Below, in pieces: positions 1 to 59,940 of a stretch of DNA of 64,000 bases. Source of the DNA: Macrostomum lignano (lineage: Eukaryota). The notes under the pieces are model-generated. The model did not search any database, had not been told where the DNA came from, and was given only the letters and a program-made list of their open reading frames with translations. The position numbers were made by a program, and so were the translations under genes. The DNA is taken from NCBI GenBank assembly GCA_002269645.1, contig NIVC01001441.1, positions 62,001 to 126,000 of the forward strand. The letters run 5' to 3'. Every line of letters begins with the position of its first letter. Within the stretch, counting starts at the first letter, position 1.

Positions 1-71
1 TGCACGCCCTGCTGCACAAGCGGCCGGACGAGCGGTTGTCCGGCCTGCGCCGCGTCCTGATGGCCAAGCAG
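1..71 (+). CDS. Penultimate exon (5' end outside window) of a TESK/LIMK-like protein kinase
   Basis: Frame from nt 3 reads HALLHKRPDERLSGLRRVLMAKQ (kinase subdomain V/alphaE-like), ends CAG|gtctgc in phase 0 and joins the exon at 1187. Confidence 0.7.
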
Positions 72-119
72 GTCTGCAGCAGTTTTAATCGTTCTTCGTT
101 TGTGTTCTTTGTTTAGCAC

Positions 120-752
120 TTTTTAGTTAGAGACAGGAGCCCGTGTGCATCCTGACGCACTTTAAGCGACATTGTCACACAACCGGCGAGAGGCATTACT
201 GCCCATTCCACCCGAGTCCCCTGAGCAGGCACACAAGCGCGCGGATACGTAATCAATCATACGCACAGGAACACATGCAGACTTCACTGTGCCTTGGAGA
301 TCGGCCTTCAATGGAGTCAATTGCACGAGCAGACCTAAGCCGAGATTCAAATTTAGCCGCAAATTAATGTGACTGCACTTGGAATCGAGCCTGGGCCGCT
401 GGCACATCAAACCACTGGGCTACGGCCATGGAGGAAAGAATAGAATGGAGTGCTAATCTGAGCCAGTTATTTTTATCTCGCTCGATTTTCGCTTTTAACA
501 TCCCTTTCCCCCCCGTTCCTTCCTATTGGCTGAAAGCATATTTTGATGCGAGCTCATACTATGCTGGGACAGACCTTTCAGAGGGGAACGAAAACGAAAA
601 CGAGACGAAAAATACTTTGTCTATGGCAGTCACGAGCCAATAGGAAAGAACAGGGGGAAAGGGATGTTAAAAGTTAAGATCGAGCGAGATAAAAATAACT
701 GGCTCAGATTGGCACTCCATTCTATTCTTTCCTCCATGGCTACGGCCCGCTC
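120..752 (-). mobile_element. tRNA-derived SINE copy 1, interrupted by a MITE at 428-737
   Basis: 143-427 aligns by eye with 19040-19377; minus strand shows A-box TAGCCCAGTGG and B-box GGCTCGATTCC; SINE 5' end (GAGCGGGCCGTAGCC) resumes at 738-752; 3' boundary approximate. Confidence 0.7.
428..737. mobile_element. MITE (non-autonomous DNA transposon), ~103-bp terminal inverted repeats
   Basis: 428-530 is the near-perfect reverse complement of 635-737; flanking duplication GGCTACGGCC at 418-427 and 738-747 (8 bp if the TIR starts at C427). Confidence 0.85.
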
Positions 753-1186
753 TAGTTGAAAATTTTTGCAATTTGACAGAGAGGCAATTGTTGAGTCAGG
801 AGCGCATCACGTGGGTCGTAAAATTGTAAAAAAATAGTCGTAAAAAGTCGTCCAAGAGTTGTTGTGCTAGCGCTTAACTCTCTACTAACTCAAGTAGACT
901 GAATAGAGTTGTTAGTTATAAATGCGAGATACGATTCTAATGCAAAGTGGCGCAGATATGCACTTTAGACGCAACTCCGTGATTTTACAGCGACTCCAGC
1001 ACGCCTCAGCTGCATGCTCTATAGAGGACTTTTTAGCGACTTTTACTGTGAAACCTCATCGTTTGAAAGTCACATACGCTCGTGGAGCCACTTCTTTCCT
1101 CACCGTTTTCATCGGGTTCGGAAGTAGCAGACTGAAAGCTTCTCATCTCAATGATGTAATTCGGTTGGAAATGGCTGAAATTCCAG

Positions 1187-1696
1187 GTGGCCAGCGGAGT
1201 TGCCTACCTGCACAGCCGCAGCATCGCGCACCGGGACCTCACCTCTAGCAACTGCTTCCTGCGCGCCGACTGCACTGTGCTGGTTGGCGATTTTGGCCTG
1301 GCAGCGGCCGCCGCCGCCCCAAACGGCCTGGCCGCAGTCGGCTGCGTCGGCAGCTTCCTGTACGCCAGCCCGGAGATGTTCCTCGGTCGGCCGTACGGCG
1401 TTGCCACCGACGCTTATTCCTTCGGCGTCCTGCTGTGCGAGCTGGCGCTCCGCCTGCCGCCCGAGCCCGACCGGCTGCCCCGCCTCGCCGATTCGCGTCT
1501 CGCTTTCGCCGTTGACGTTGACGAGTTTCGCCGCCTGGCCGTCCAGCTGGCGCCTCCGGACTGGCCGGCCGGCGCGGTCCAACTGGCCGTCGAGTGTGTC
1601 AACCCCGAGCCTGACCGGCGGCCAAGCCTCGCCGACGCAGCCAGGCGGCTGGACGCCTGCACTTTGCCGTCAGCGGTCGGCCGCGTGGTGCTCTGA
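1187..1696 (+). CDS. Last exon of a TESK/LIMK-family (TKL group) protein kinase, subdomains VIa-XI
   Basis: Acceptor ttccag|GTG at 1187; AYLH, HRDLTSSNC, DFG, GS..YASPE, D.YSFGVLLCEL and PEPDRLPR match the TESK/LIMK signature HRDLTSKNC...ADPDYLPR; TGA at 1694-1696. Confidence 0.8.
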   Translation: MASGVAYLHSRSIAHRDLTSSNCFLRADCTVLVGDFGLAAAAAAPNGLAAVGCVGSFLYASPEMFLGRPYGVATDAYSFGVLLCELALRLPPEPDRLPRLADSRLAFAVDVDEFRRLAVQLAPPDWPAGAVQLAVECVNPEPDRRPSLADAARRLDACTLPSAVGRVVL

Positions 1697-1985
1697 GTCC
1701 CAGAATCCAAATCCCAAGTCCCAGAATCCAAATCCCAAGTCCCAGAATCCAAATCCCAAGATCCAGAATCCAAACCCGAAGTCCCAGAATCCAAATCCCA
1801 AGTCCCAGAATCCAAATCCCAAGATCCAGAATCCGAATCCCCAAGTCCCAGAATCCAAATCCCAAGTCCCAGAATTCAAATCCCAAATCCCAGAATCCAA
1901 ATCCCAAGTCCCAGAATCCAAATCCCAAGTCCCAGAATCCAAATCCCAAGTCCCAGAATCCAAATCTCAAGTCCCAGAATCCGAA
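1697..1985. repeat. 21-bp minisatellite GTCCCAGAATCCAAATCCCAA
   Basis: Visible tandem array starting right after the kinase stop codon. Confidence 0.9.
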
Positions 1986-2329
1986 GTTTCAAAGTCAGTT
2001 CGTGACTCTAAATTATCCTGTAGCTCTCCATTCTGGCCAGCAATGAAAATTGTTTTGTAGAAACCGTACTTAACTGTGTAGTACTGTAGTTCCGCTTTTA
2101 AAATGCACTTCTGCCCGCCCTAGTCTCCTTGCTCTCCGCACTTGAGCCAAAATTGTATTTTTATTTAATGACTGTCTTGTGTGTTCTATGCACTGACTTG
2201 CGTTGTTATACATGTATATGCGTTGTATCGTGTCTATTGTTCTTGTTTCGTTAGGTTACAGTTTTTCTTGGCTTCCAACATCTTTCAGTTGGCCAAGCTC
2301 AAAGCTGATTGTCAGGCTCGGCCACCGCC

Positions 2330-2785
2330 GCCAGCCTCCCAGATCCTCAGTTGTTGGACCACCGCCAGTCTCCCAGATCCTCAGTTGTTGGACCACCGCC
2401 AGCCTCCCAGATCCTCAGTTGTTGGACCACCTCCAGTCTCCCAAGATCCTCAGTTGCTGGACCACCTCCAGTCTCCCAAGATCCTCGGTTGTTGGGCCAC
2501 CTCCAGTCTCCCAGATCCTCAGTTGTTGGACCACCGCCAGTCTGCCAAGATCCTCAGTTGCTGGGCCAGCCTCCCAAAATCCTCAGTTGCTGGGCCAGGC
2601 CAGCCTCCCAAAATCCTCAGTTGCTGGGCCAGCCTCCCAAAATCCTCAGTTGCTGGGCCAGCCTCCCAAGATCCTCAGTTGCTGGACCAGCCTCCCAAGA
2701 TCCTCAGTTGCTGGACCAGCCTCCCAAGATCCTCAGTTGCTGGACCACCGCCAGCCTCCCAGATCCTCAGTTGCTGGGCCACTGC
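2330..2785. repeat. Variable ~30-bp minisatellite (CCAGCCTCCCAAGATCCTCAGTTGCTGG core)
   Basis: Tandem array; explains the repetitive ORFs at 2181-2866. Confidence 0.85.
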
Positions 2786-3504
2786 CACCCTCCCAGCCCT
2801 CATCTGGTGCATGTAGCAAGCTCATTCCTTGTTGTGACAATTGAATTAACCATTGTTTTGGTGTAAGCTGCTTTATTTTAACGCTTGAATTGAACCTTCA
2901 GCCCACTTTTGCCTGCTGTGGATGGACACGGTCGGATCTCCCCTCCACTGTTGCTTTGGCTGCGGTGCTCAGCTCATCTTGAATTTCTATTTGTTGTGAT
3001 TATTTTAAGATAGAAATGTTTATTTTTTACATAATTTTAGCTTGAATTCTTACCGTTTGCACATCAAAATTATACACGATAGTCGCATAAATTTGCTGAT
3101 AACTTTTCTATATTTTCGCAGTTTTTAGCGCCTAAAAGAACATTTTTTGTACTTTTAAATACTTTATTTTTTTATATCCTAAATAGCAAAAATTTGTGCG
3201 TTTTTCTACTTTAAGTAGGCTCAAAGCGTTTAATTAAATTTATTGTACTCAGGGATATTTTGGGGTCAGGCCGCTCAGCAGTGTAAATTGTAAGTCAGCT
3301 TGTTCAGATTTCCATAGCAGTCTTATCGTGCATTGAAAAAAACTTTACTAACGAAAGGAAAAAATTGTCTGCAAAAATTTGAACTTGAAAAGCTGGTTCA
3401 AGTTAGCGGCGGAAAAACTACTTGGCTTGGCTTGATTTGAGTTAGTTATAAGTAGTATAGAAGCATTTTATAGCTTTAATTTGGTTTCGTACTGGTGCGC
3501 CTAC

Positions 3505-6205
<2,701 letters not shown>

Positions 6206-6339
6206 TCAACCATAAAATAATAAGTTTAGGGTTAAACAATAAAAGAATCACCCTGTCGACCATGAGGGAATTTTTGAAATCCCTCAAGGTTGGGGCGAAC
6301 GATGAACACCCAGATGTGCGCCCGCTTTGGGGGACTCAC

Positions 6340-6342
6340 CAT
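6340..6342 (-). CDS. TUBA: Alpha-tubulin exon 1 (ATG only)
   Basis: cagtcATG|gtgagt; an intron right after the initiator Met is the conserved alpha-tubulin structure and gives MREC. Confidence 0.8.
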
Positions 6343-6506
6343 GACTGCTGCTGGTCGAGACGAGAGTGTTGAGGAACAGTTTTAAACTGCGGAATCCGTT
6401 GTTTTAGCTCACGGGCAGTTGATGAATTTGCCTGTGGAAGCCGCCCAGCGGCGACAGATTAAGCAATTTATAGACCCCCCCCACTGGCCACCTCTGCCCC
6501 GCCGCC

Positions 6507-6521
6507 GTTGTCAATGGCAAC
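6507..6521. promoter_or_regulatory. RFX X-box-like motif GTTGTCAATGGCAAC
   Basis: Fits the X-box palindrome; ~165 bp upstream of the tubulin ATG. Confidence 0.5.
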
Positions 6522-6596
6522 TACTTGAAGAGGTGCAAGTTGGCTGTCCCCGGTGGCTAGTTAATAAGTTGGAGTTGGATAGAAATTAGCGCACAA

Positions 6597-6610
6597 GTTA
6601 CCATGGCAAC
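6597..6610. promoter_or_regulatory. RFX X-box GTTACCATGGCAAC
   Basis: One mismatch from the canonical palindrome GTTGCCATGGCAAC; ~255 bp upstream of the tubulin ATG. Confidence 0.6.
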
Positions 6611-7890
6611 AGTTTAACAATTAAAGCATCCAGACGCCAATTATGTGTTTATTATTTTTATTGAGCTCAAATTTTCTGTACAAGCGCCAGGCAGGGAGTA
6701 GGACTGACTGACTGGATGCAATTAGTCGGTGCAGTTTCCAGACCTCAGACAGATGCTTTCTCAGACAGGCAGATGCTTAATTGAGACGGCGGGGCTTTGA
6801 AGTCCACTTCTGTCGGATTGGGTGGAGATCTCATTCATTCTGATCTATACATGTAGATGCGCGGGATGGGGCAACCCATGAACTGTGGCAGGGCGGTTGT
6901 AAATCAGCATGTATATCTGATAATTACTCAAAAACGTTCTTTACTAATTGCACCGCGCGCAAACCTCTTCTTCGCGAGCATAGTCGCATTTGAGACCACC
7001 CCGAATTAATTTGTGCTCTGGCAGCAGAGCTCTGTGCAGACTCTGCCAGCACAGCCCTTAGGTAGTATACGATATTTAGTAATGAAGTCTGGTCCTGGCT
7101 CTACCACTGGGGGAAAATTCTCCTGTACTCTACTCTTCTACCCCTGTGTCCTTCATATTCCATCTGCCCATCACTTCCAGGCTGTGGTTGAACCAAGGAC
7201 GACTGAAGAAGAAGTGGACGGGAAAAATTCGTTTCTTAGAAAGCATTCTCGCTGCTGGGTTTGCGCAAAAAGTTCGCTACGATTGTTAAAAGTTACCCGG
7301 AATAATTGACTTGCCCTGAATACTGAAATGTTTTGAATGAGGCAAAATATTCAATGGGTAACAGTTTCGCTAATTTTCTATCACAGATTCCTTTCTCCCT
7401 ACTAGTTAGTAAGCGATGGAGCATTCATTTGTTTGAATCAAACAGGTGAGCCCAATTGTTCAAAAGTTCTTTGGGATTTTCTTCAGCAGAATTCACCAAA
7501 TGCTATTGATTAAAGTTCAGATTTTGGAGGGCTGTTTCTTTCTCCCAATATCAGGATCAGGATGTTCTTCTGAGCAGTCAGAGAACCCATATGATCAGGT
7601 GCCATTTACACTTTATCCATAGGTGGGTTTGCCAAGATTTTAGCGCCAAAAACAAAAACGAGACTTAGGCGCCAGAAACGGAAAGATTTTAGCGCCAATT
7701 AAGCGCCTGAGGCGGCAAGATTTTAGCGCCACTTATCAGTTATTTATTTGTTGACAACCATTCACCAATGGTAAGCAACAATAAGTAGTGACTGTAATGA
7801 TGAGTAACAATGAGACGAATTGTTTCGGAAGGGGAATTTAATTTACGAACGGATTTCTCAATTCATGCTGGCTGAAGCTCGGCTGCCCGC

Positions 7891-8364
7891 TCAGTCGGTG
7901 CTGGCATTGTGGGGCACAATCAGCACCGGGATGTGAGCATGGTGCAGCACGTAATCTGACACGCTGCCCAGAAAGGTGCGTCGCAGGGTGCCCATGCCGC
8001 GGTTGCCAAGGACAACCAGGTCCGCGTGAAGCTCGTTGGCCACCTCGACAATGGCCGCGCCGGGGCTGTTGCTGATCTTCTCCAGGAATCGAGCCCCGGC
8101 TCCGTCCAGGCCGAGCTGAGTGCACAGCTGCTGGGTCCGATCGGCCAGCTCCCGACCGGCCTTCAGCGTGACGGACACGCAGCTGGCGTACAGCCGCGAC
8201 GCCTCCTGCGAGGGGATCCCGGCGCCGCGCGGAATCGGCGGCGGCTCCGCCACGATGATCAGCGTCAGCGAGTCGTCCGGCTGGCTGGCGTGCCGGGCGA
8301 ACCAGCGCAGCGCTCGGTCGCTGTGCTCGCTGCCGTCTATGGCCAAGAGTACCTTCCTGCCCAT
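7891..8364 (-). CDS. Universal stress protein (UspA family), intronless, 157 aa
   Basis: MGRKVLLAIDGSEHSDRAL N-terminus; ATP-binding G-2x-G-9x-GS motif (GNRGMGTLRRTFLGSVS); YVLHHAHIPVLIVP C-terminus; minus-strand AATAAA near 7743-7748. Confidence 0.92.
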   Translation of the reverse strand: MGRKVLLAIDGSEHSDRALRWFARHASQPDDSLTLIIVAEPPPIPRGAGIPSQEASRLYASCVSVTLKAGRELADRTQQLCTQLGLDGAGARFLEKISNSPGAAIVEVANELHADLVVLGNRGMGTLRRTFLGSVSDYVLHHAHIPVLIVPHNASTD

Positions 8365-8774
8365 GGCTGGCTGTGGCTGGTGGGAGAACCGTTTCTTGTC
8401 GAACTCGCTTTTGGGCGGCTTTGACTCGAAGCGCGCACAGCTTTCTCTCTCTCTCTCTCTCTCCAGATCGCATTCTCTGAGCTGCGACTCTGTGGGGGCC
8501 TCTCTTATCGCCAGCAGGGTGGGTGAGCGGCCCGCGCAGTCCAAAGTGCACCTGTAGGCTGAACGCTCAATTCTAGTCTAATCTGTGCGGTTCAGTTTTT
8601 TTCACCGTGTTGTTGACTTTGAAACCGTTTCCAGTTCTGGATTTATGGCCACGCGAGTGCCACAAGTGCCATATGGAGTTTAAAGGTAACTAATTATACT
8701 GTAAAATGTGCTGCAAACGGTTCTTGCTGTAGCTCCGTGGCCTCTCGAATTAAATCCGCTGGGCAGCTCATTAT

Positions 8775-9255
8775 GACTAACTGACTGACTGACTGACTGA
8801 CTAACTGACTGACTGACTGACTGACTGACTGACTGACTGACTGACTGACTGACTGACTGACTGACTGACTGACTGACTGACTGACTGACTGACTGACTGA
8901 CTGACTGACTGACTGACTGACTGACTGACTGACTGACTGACTGACTGACTGACTGACTGACTGACTGACTGACTGACTGACTGACTGACTGACTGACTGA
9001 CTGACTGACTGACTGACTGACTGACTGACTGACTGACTGACTGACTGACTGACTGACTGACTGACTGACTGACTGACTGACTGACTGACTGACTGACTGA
9101 CTGACTGACTGACTGACTGACTGACTGACTGACTGACTGACTGACTGACTGACTGACTGACTGACTGACTGACTGACTGACTGACTGACTGACTGACTGA
9201 CTGACTGACTGACTGACTGACTGACTGCTGGCTGGCTGGCTGGCTGGCTGGCTGA
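8775..9255. repeat. (GACT)n microsatellite with short (GGCT)n tail
   Basis: Near-pure tetranucleotide array. Confidence 0.97.
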
Positions 9256-9958
9256 CTGACCTAAGTGAGTGGGTGACTGACTGACACTTACACTATCAGC
9301 TAGCAAAATGTATCAATATTCAATTGATTTATGAGAAGCGCTCAAGCAACATTGAATCCCTGCCCTGCCAGCAAGCGGACCGTCAATAGTGAGGAGCGAA
9401 GGCACAAAGCATTTATTAAATATTTGTGCAATACAGGCGTTAACGGTGGTACAGAGTCAGTTAGCAAGCAAGTGGCTATGCACAATGCCCAACATTTGGG
9501 CGGCCTGATAGCTTGGCAAACAGTGAGTGTTTGCATGCGTTCGTTGGGATCAATGGGTGCTCAAAGGCTAGATAGATGGACCGATGAACAACAGAATAGA
9601 TGGCAATGAAAAAGTGTGTTGGGTGAGAATTAGCGTAGCTTGGATAGAATAGTGGCTAAAAAGGCAGCAGGAGGGCGCAACACTTCAAAACCCTTGACAA
9701 TTCTTTAAAGGCTCAACCTTGCTTTAAAACGCATTAGCAAGATCTGTAATAAGATTTTTAACACAAAAATGGGGCAACATACTTGGCTTCTCAAGTTAAT
9801 AAGCTTGACTAGATTTTTTTGCTAAAACCCGCAAATTTGATTCACGTGCTCCGGCCTGTTCCACGCCCAGCGCTTCTTTGGTTCGATGAGACACATTATG
9901 ATATTGAAATCAGAAATCATAAATTGACAAAAAAGTTTCTAGCGAGCTTAGCAGGGCC

Positions 9959-10429
9959 CTAAACCTTCGGTCCGGCTTGCACCTTCTTGATGAAGTCCTC
10001 GTACTTGATGTTGCCGTCGAGATCCTCGTGGGTGTCGGTGAACTTCATGATCACGTCGACGTCGCTGTCGTCCAGCCGCTCGCCGTAGCTGGTGAGCACG
10101 TGGCGCAGCTCGGCGGCCGAGATGTAGCCCTGGCCCTCGCGGTCGAACGTCTTGAAGGCCTCCATGAAGTCGGCGAAGGTGCCCTCCTCCTTGGCTTTCA
10201 TGACCTCCTGGTAGATCGGAAGGAACTCGTCGAACTTGTAGCCCTTCTCGCCCATCTTCTCCGTGCCGCCGTGCTTCAGGCAGGTGGCCATGGTCGGGTT
10301 CATGCCGACGCAGCGCAGCAGGTCCGCCACCTTGGCGGCGTTCACCTCGCCGTCGCGGCCGTCCCAGAAGTCGAAGAGGTCGAACACCTCCCGGATGTCC
10401 TCAATCTCGCCCTTGCTTAATCCGGCCAT
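9959..10429 (-). CDS. Myosin essential light chain (EF-hand), intronless, 156 aa
   Basis: [14 protein letters not shown] is the mollusc/flatworm ELC EF-hand 1 signature; [28 protein letters not shown]; [13 protein letters not shown]-terminus. Confidence 0.93.
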   Translation of the reverse strand: MAGLSKGEIEDIREVFDLFDFWDGRDGEVNAAKVADLLRCVGMNPTMATCLKHGGTEKMGEKGYKFDEFLPIYQEVMKAKEEGTFADFMEAFKTFDREGQGYISAAELRHVLTSYGERLDDSDVDVIMKFTDTHEDLDGNIKYEDFIKKVQAGPKV

Positions 10430-10513
10430 GCCTTAGCGATATTGCTTTTTAGTCGTAGTCGTTAGAAAGCAGGTTTCTGTCTGCCTTACTGGCTGTTGCA
10501 GACTGGCGCAGGT

Positions 10514-10521
10514 CTTATATA
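10514..10521 (-). promoter_or_regulatory. TATA box (TATATAAG) of the myosin light chain gene
   Basis: Canonical TATA ~85 bp upstream of the ATG, with an initiator-like CAGT about 25-30 bp downstream. Confidence 0.6.
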
Positions 10522-11050
10522 CCCCCCTCCCCTAGCTTTACAGATGCTGATGCGGTGGATCGATGAGCGGCTGGATGGACGGGTGACCGGGCCTGCCTCT
10601 GTTGCCTCGCTCTACCACAAGGCGCGGACACAGCGGACCAGCTGCCAGGTGGGTTCCAATCAGCGTGCACAGAGAGGAAACCGTGCCGCGCAACCCCCTC
10701 CCCCAAGTCTCCCGGCCGGGAAATTTCCACTGCGCATTTTGACCGAATATTTCTAGGGCAAGGAAGATTCGGGAAGCTGGGCCCCGGTATGCGCTTAGTC
10801 GGTCAGGGGCCGCGGAAAGGTCAAAGCAGCAACGGCACAACGGAGAGTTTTGCAGACTGCCTCTTTCATTCGCCATCAATTCAGCGACCGCCCGATTTGC
10901 TGGTTGCACTTTTGCCTCAGCCTGTGCTAGCTGTGCGGTATCGAAGGAGGGTAGGAGTGGCAGGTTTTTCGCTCTGACATTGATGTGTGGCAGCGGCGGC
11001 TGCAGCGCATGACGAATGGCAGTCTGCGGCCACTGGGGATCAGGGCTTTT

Positions 11051-11975
11051 GGGTGAGATTCGGGTGAAACAGGGTGAGATTCGGGTGAAACAGGGTGAGA
11101 TTCGGGTGAAACAGGGTGAGATCCGGGTGAAACAGGGTGAGTTTTAGTGAATCAGGGTGAGATTTATTGACTCAGGGTGAGATTTAGTGAATCAGAGTGA
11201 GATTAAGTGAATAAGATTGAGATTTAGTGAATCAGAGTGAGCTTTAGTGAATAAAAATGAGATTTAGTGAATCAGAGTGACATTTAGTGAATCAGAGTGA
11301 CATTTAGTGAATCAGAGTGAGATTTAGTGAATCAGAGTGACATTTAGTGAATCAGAGTGACATTTAGTGAATCAGAGTGAGATTAGGTGAATCAGAGTGA
11401 CATTTGGTGAATCAGAGTGACATTTAGTGAATCAGAGTGACATTTAGTGAATCAGAGTGACATTTAGTGAATCAGAGTGAGATTTAGTGAATAAGAATGA
11501 GATTTAGTGAATCAGAGTGACATTTAGTGAATCAGAGTGAGATTTAGTGAATCAGAGTGACATTTAGTGAATCAGAGTGAGATTTAGTGAATCAGAGTGA
11601 CATTTAGTGAATCAGAGTGAGATTTAGTGAATCAGAGTGTGATTAGGTGAATCAGAGTGAGATTTAGTGAGTATTGGTGAGATTTGGTGAATCAGAGTGA
11701 GGTTTAGTGAATCAGAGTAAGATTTAGTGAATAAGAATGAGATTTAGTGAATCAGAGTGACATTTAGTGAATCAGAGTGAGATTTAGTGAATAAGAATGA
11801 GATTTAGTGAATCAGAGTGACATTTAGTGAATCAGAGTGAGATTTAGTGAATCAGAGTGACATTTAGTGAATCAGAGTGAGATTTAGTGAATCAGAGTGA
11901 GATTTAGTGAATCAGAGTGTGATTAGGTGACTCAGAGTGAGATTTAGTGAGTATTGGTGAGATTTGGTGAATCAG
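11051..11975. repeat. 20-bp minisatellite GAGATTTAGTGAATCAGAGT
   Basis: Visible tandem array. Confidence 0.9.
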
Positions 11976-12495
11976 TGATCACATTCATGATTTGGCGGCA
12001 TTGACTTTGGCTCTATTACCCATTTGTAAAACGTTTTTATGGTCATAAATTAAACGAGGTCTAGAGAAAGCATTCGTAGTGTCTGCCTGTTGCTCAAAAG
12101 AAAAATAAACAGAAAACCAAGTCGACCTACTTGTAGGTGTCTATTTGTGGCTTGTGAGTTCAAGTCATACAGTTTTTATAAGACATCAGTTTAACAAGCA
12201 CGCAAGGACGCTGGGGTCATGGAGAAAGTGACTGATTGTTTAGTACAACAAACTTTATCAACTCAATTTCTTGGCTTGCTACTGAGTTAGTAGAGTAATA
12301 CGGATGTTTAAACATTAATTTATTCACAAAACTGGGCATTAGGCACTAAGGGATGGTTGGTTACGCGCAAGTCAAAGATGAGGGATTTATAGTTAATTAG
12401 CACTGTGACTGGAGCATGAACAGCACGAATTGGTTTGGATTCTCGCGTGCAGGAAATGACATGTACGGCTTTGTAATTGGCCTCCCACCCGGATA

Positions 12496-12695
12496 GCCTG
12501 CACCCTCTCACCCCCGCCTAGCCTGCACCCTCACCCCCCGCCTAGCCTACACCCTCACAACCCACCTAGCCTGCACCCTCACCCCGCCTAGACTGCACCC
12601 TCACCCCGCCTAGCCTGCACCCTCACACCACGCCTTGCCTGCACCCTCACCCCCCCCCACCCAGCCTGCACCCTCACAACCCACCCAGACTGCAC
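12496..12695. repeat. ~21-24-bp C-rich minisatellite (CTAGCCTGCACCCTCACCCC)
   Basis: Short degenerate tandem array. Confidence 0.75.
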
Positions 12696-13073
12696 CACAA
12701 AGTCCCGCCGAGCATTCGAAGTTCTTAAATCCCCAGTAAGCTGTAAAGCGAGACTCTAATCTTCAAAATAGCCGTTGGACATCCCAGACATTACAGGCAA
12801 GCATGGCGCTCCAAGCAAAAATACAGACGGAACATAAAAAACACATTGAAAAATATTTTTACTACGAACAGAAGAATGACGGCACAGCAAATCTGCATCA
12901 ACTTTAATACTGCACGGAAACAGCACGGATTTAATTTGATTTAATTTATATCTAGAAGACAAGATAGGTTGGATGACGGCTCGTGAAAGACGAACATTCT
13001 GTGGGATTAGCTGAATTTAACTTGGAGAGGCCATCATTGATTTATGATATAGTGGACTCAATGTCAGCTCAAG

Positions 13074-58447
<45,374 letters not shown>

Positions 58448-59453
58448 TGGCTTGGCACCGGAGAACTGAGCTGGCAGGGGGCAGCGGCTGCTCAGCTCTG
58501 ATGGAGGGGGAGAGGGGAGAGTGCACAGTGCATTGAGGCTGCGCTCAGCTGATAAAGAGGTTAGCGGCCTGCAGGTGCTTTCAGCTTTGTTATACTATTA
58601 AATGTGATGTGAGTTCGGCATTTCAAGAAACCCGTTTTCTCTGTTTAAACTCGTCTTTCCCCGCCGTCTTACGGCCCCCATCCTCTTTCTTCTCGACCGA
58701 GTGAAAACGAAGATTGCACTTTTTTATGTCATCAACCGCGGCTTGTGTTGTTCTTTGCTTTAATGTTGCTTTAACAAAAATAGCTCTAAAGTTCTTGAAT
58801 GATGCTACTCCTTCAAAGATCCTTGAAGCACTCTGATTGGAATCCGGAGAGGGTTGGGCTTCCGAAGAGGAGGAGCTGAGGAGGGGATGGGAAGGCAGTC
58901 TACGCTGCAAGCGAGACACTGACTCCGTGAGCGAATTAAAGGAAGCAGAGCGCTTTGAGACTACTAGCGGATCCGCAGTCAGAATTTTGTTTTAATCAAG
59001 TCTGCCGCCTTAATGAGCTGCTGGCAGCAAAAGAGCTGGCTTCTGCGACCCAGGTAAGCAAGCTAGAAGTCTTCAAGAGACTCTCTACTCACTTTGTGAG
59101 TGCAGAGAAAGTCTTTGGTGGATTTCAGGCCCAAAGAATAGTTGCTATGTAGAAATCGGCAGCTGGATTGCCAGCCCCTAGGAGTGAACTACAACTGTGG
59201 GAACTCGAGATGGAGATGGAGCTGAGCTGAACCAGATTCCATCGGTGTGGAATCAGCCAGTCTGCAAATTATTGTGTCTTGGGGGGGGGGGGGTGGGGCT
59301 CCGACTTGAAGCAGAAAATGCTGAAGAGAGGCGTCGGAATAAATTACCGCTGGTGCTGCTGCGCCTAAATAAATATTTGAATTGAAGAGAGCTGATGAGA
59401 TCGGGCACACTGGCCGAATAAACAGCGCTTTGTATGAGCAGAGGAATGCGGAC

Positions 59454-59940
<487 letters not shown>

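Noticed and set aside
7891-8364. USP as a bacterial contaminant or recent horizontal transfer
   Set aside because: Contiguous with spliced animal genes and repeats, similar GC-rich coding style, and animal USPs are known
7891-8544. 217-aa extended USP from the ORF track; likewise the 513-aa extended tubulin
   Set aside because: Extensions start at non-ATG codons and run through UTR or intron sequence; family-typical starts lie downstream or in a separate exon
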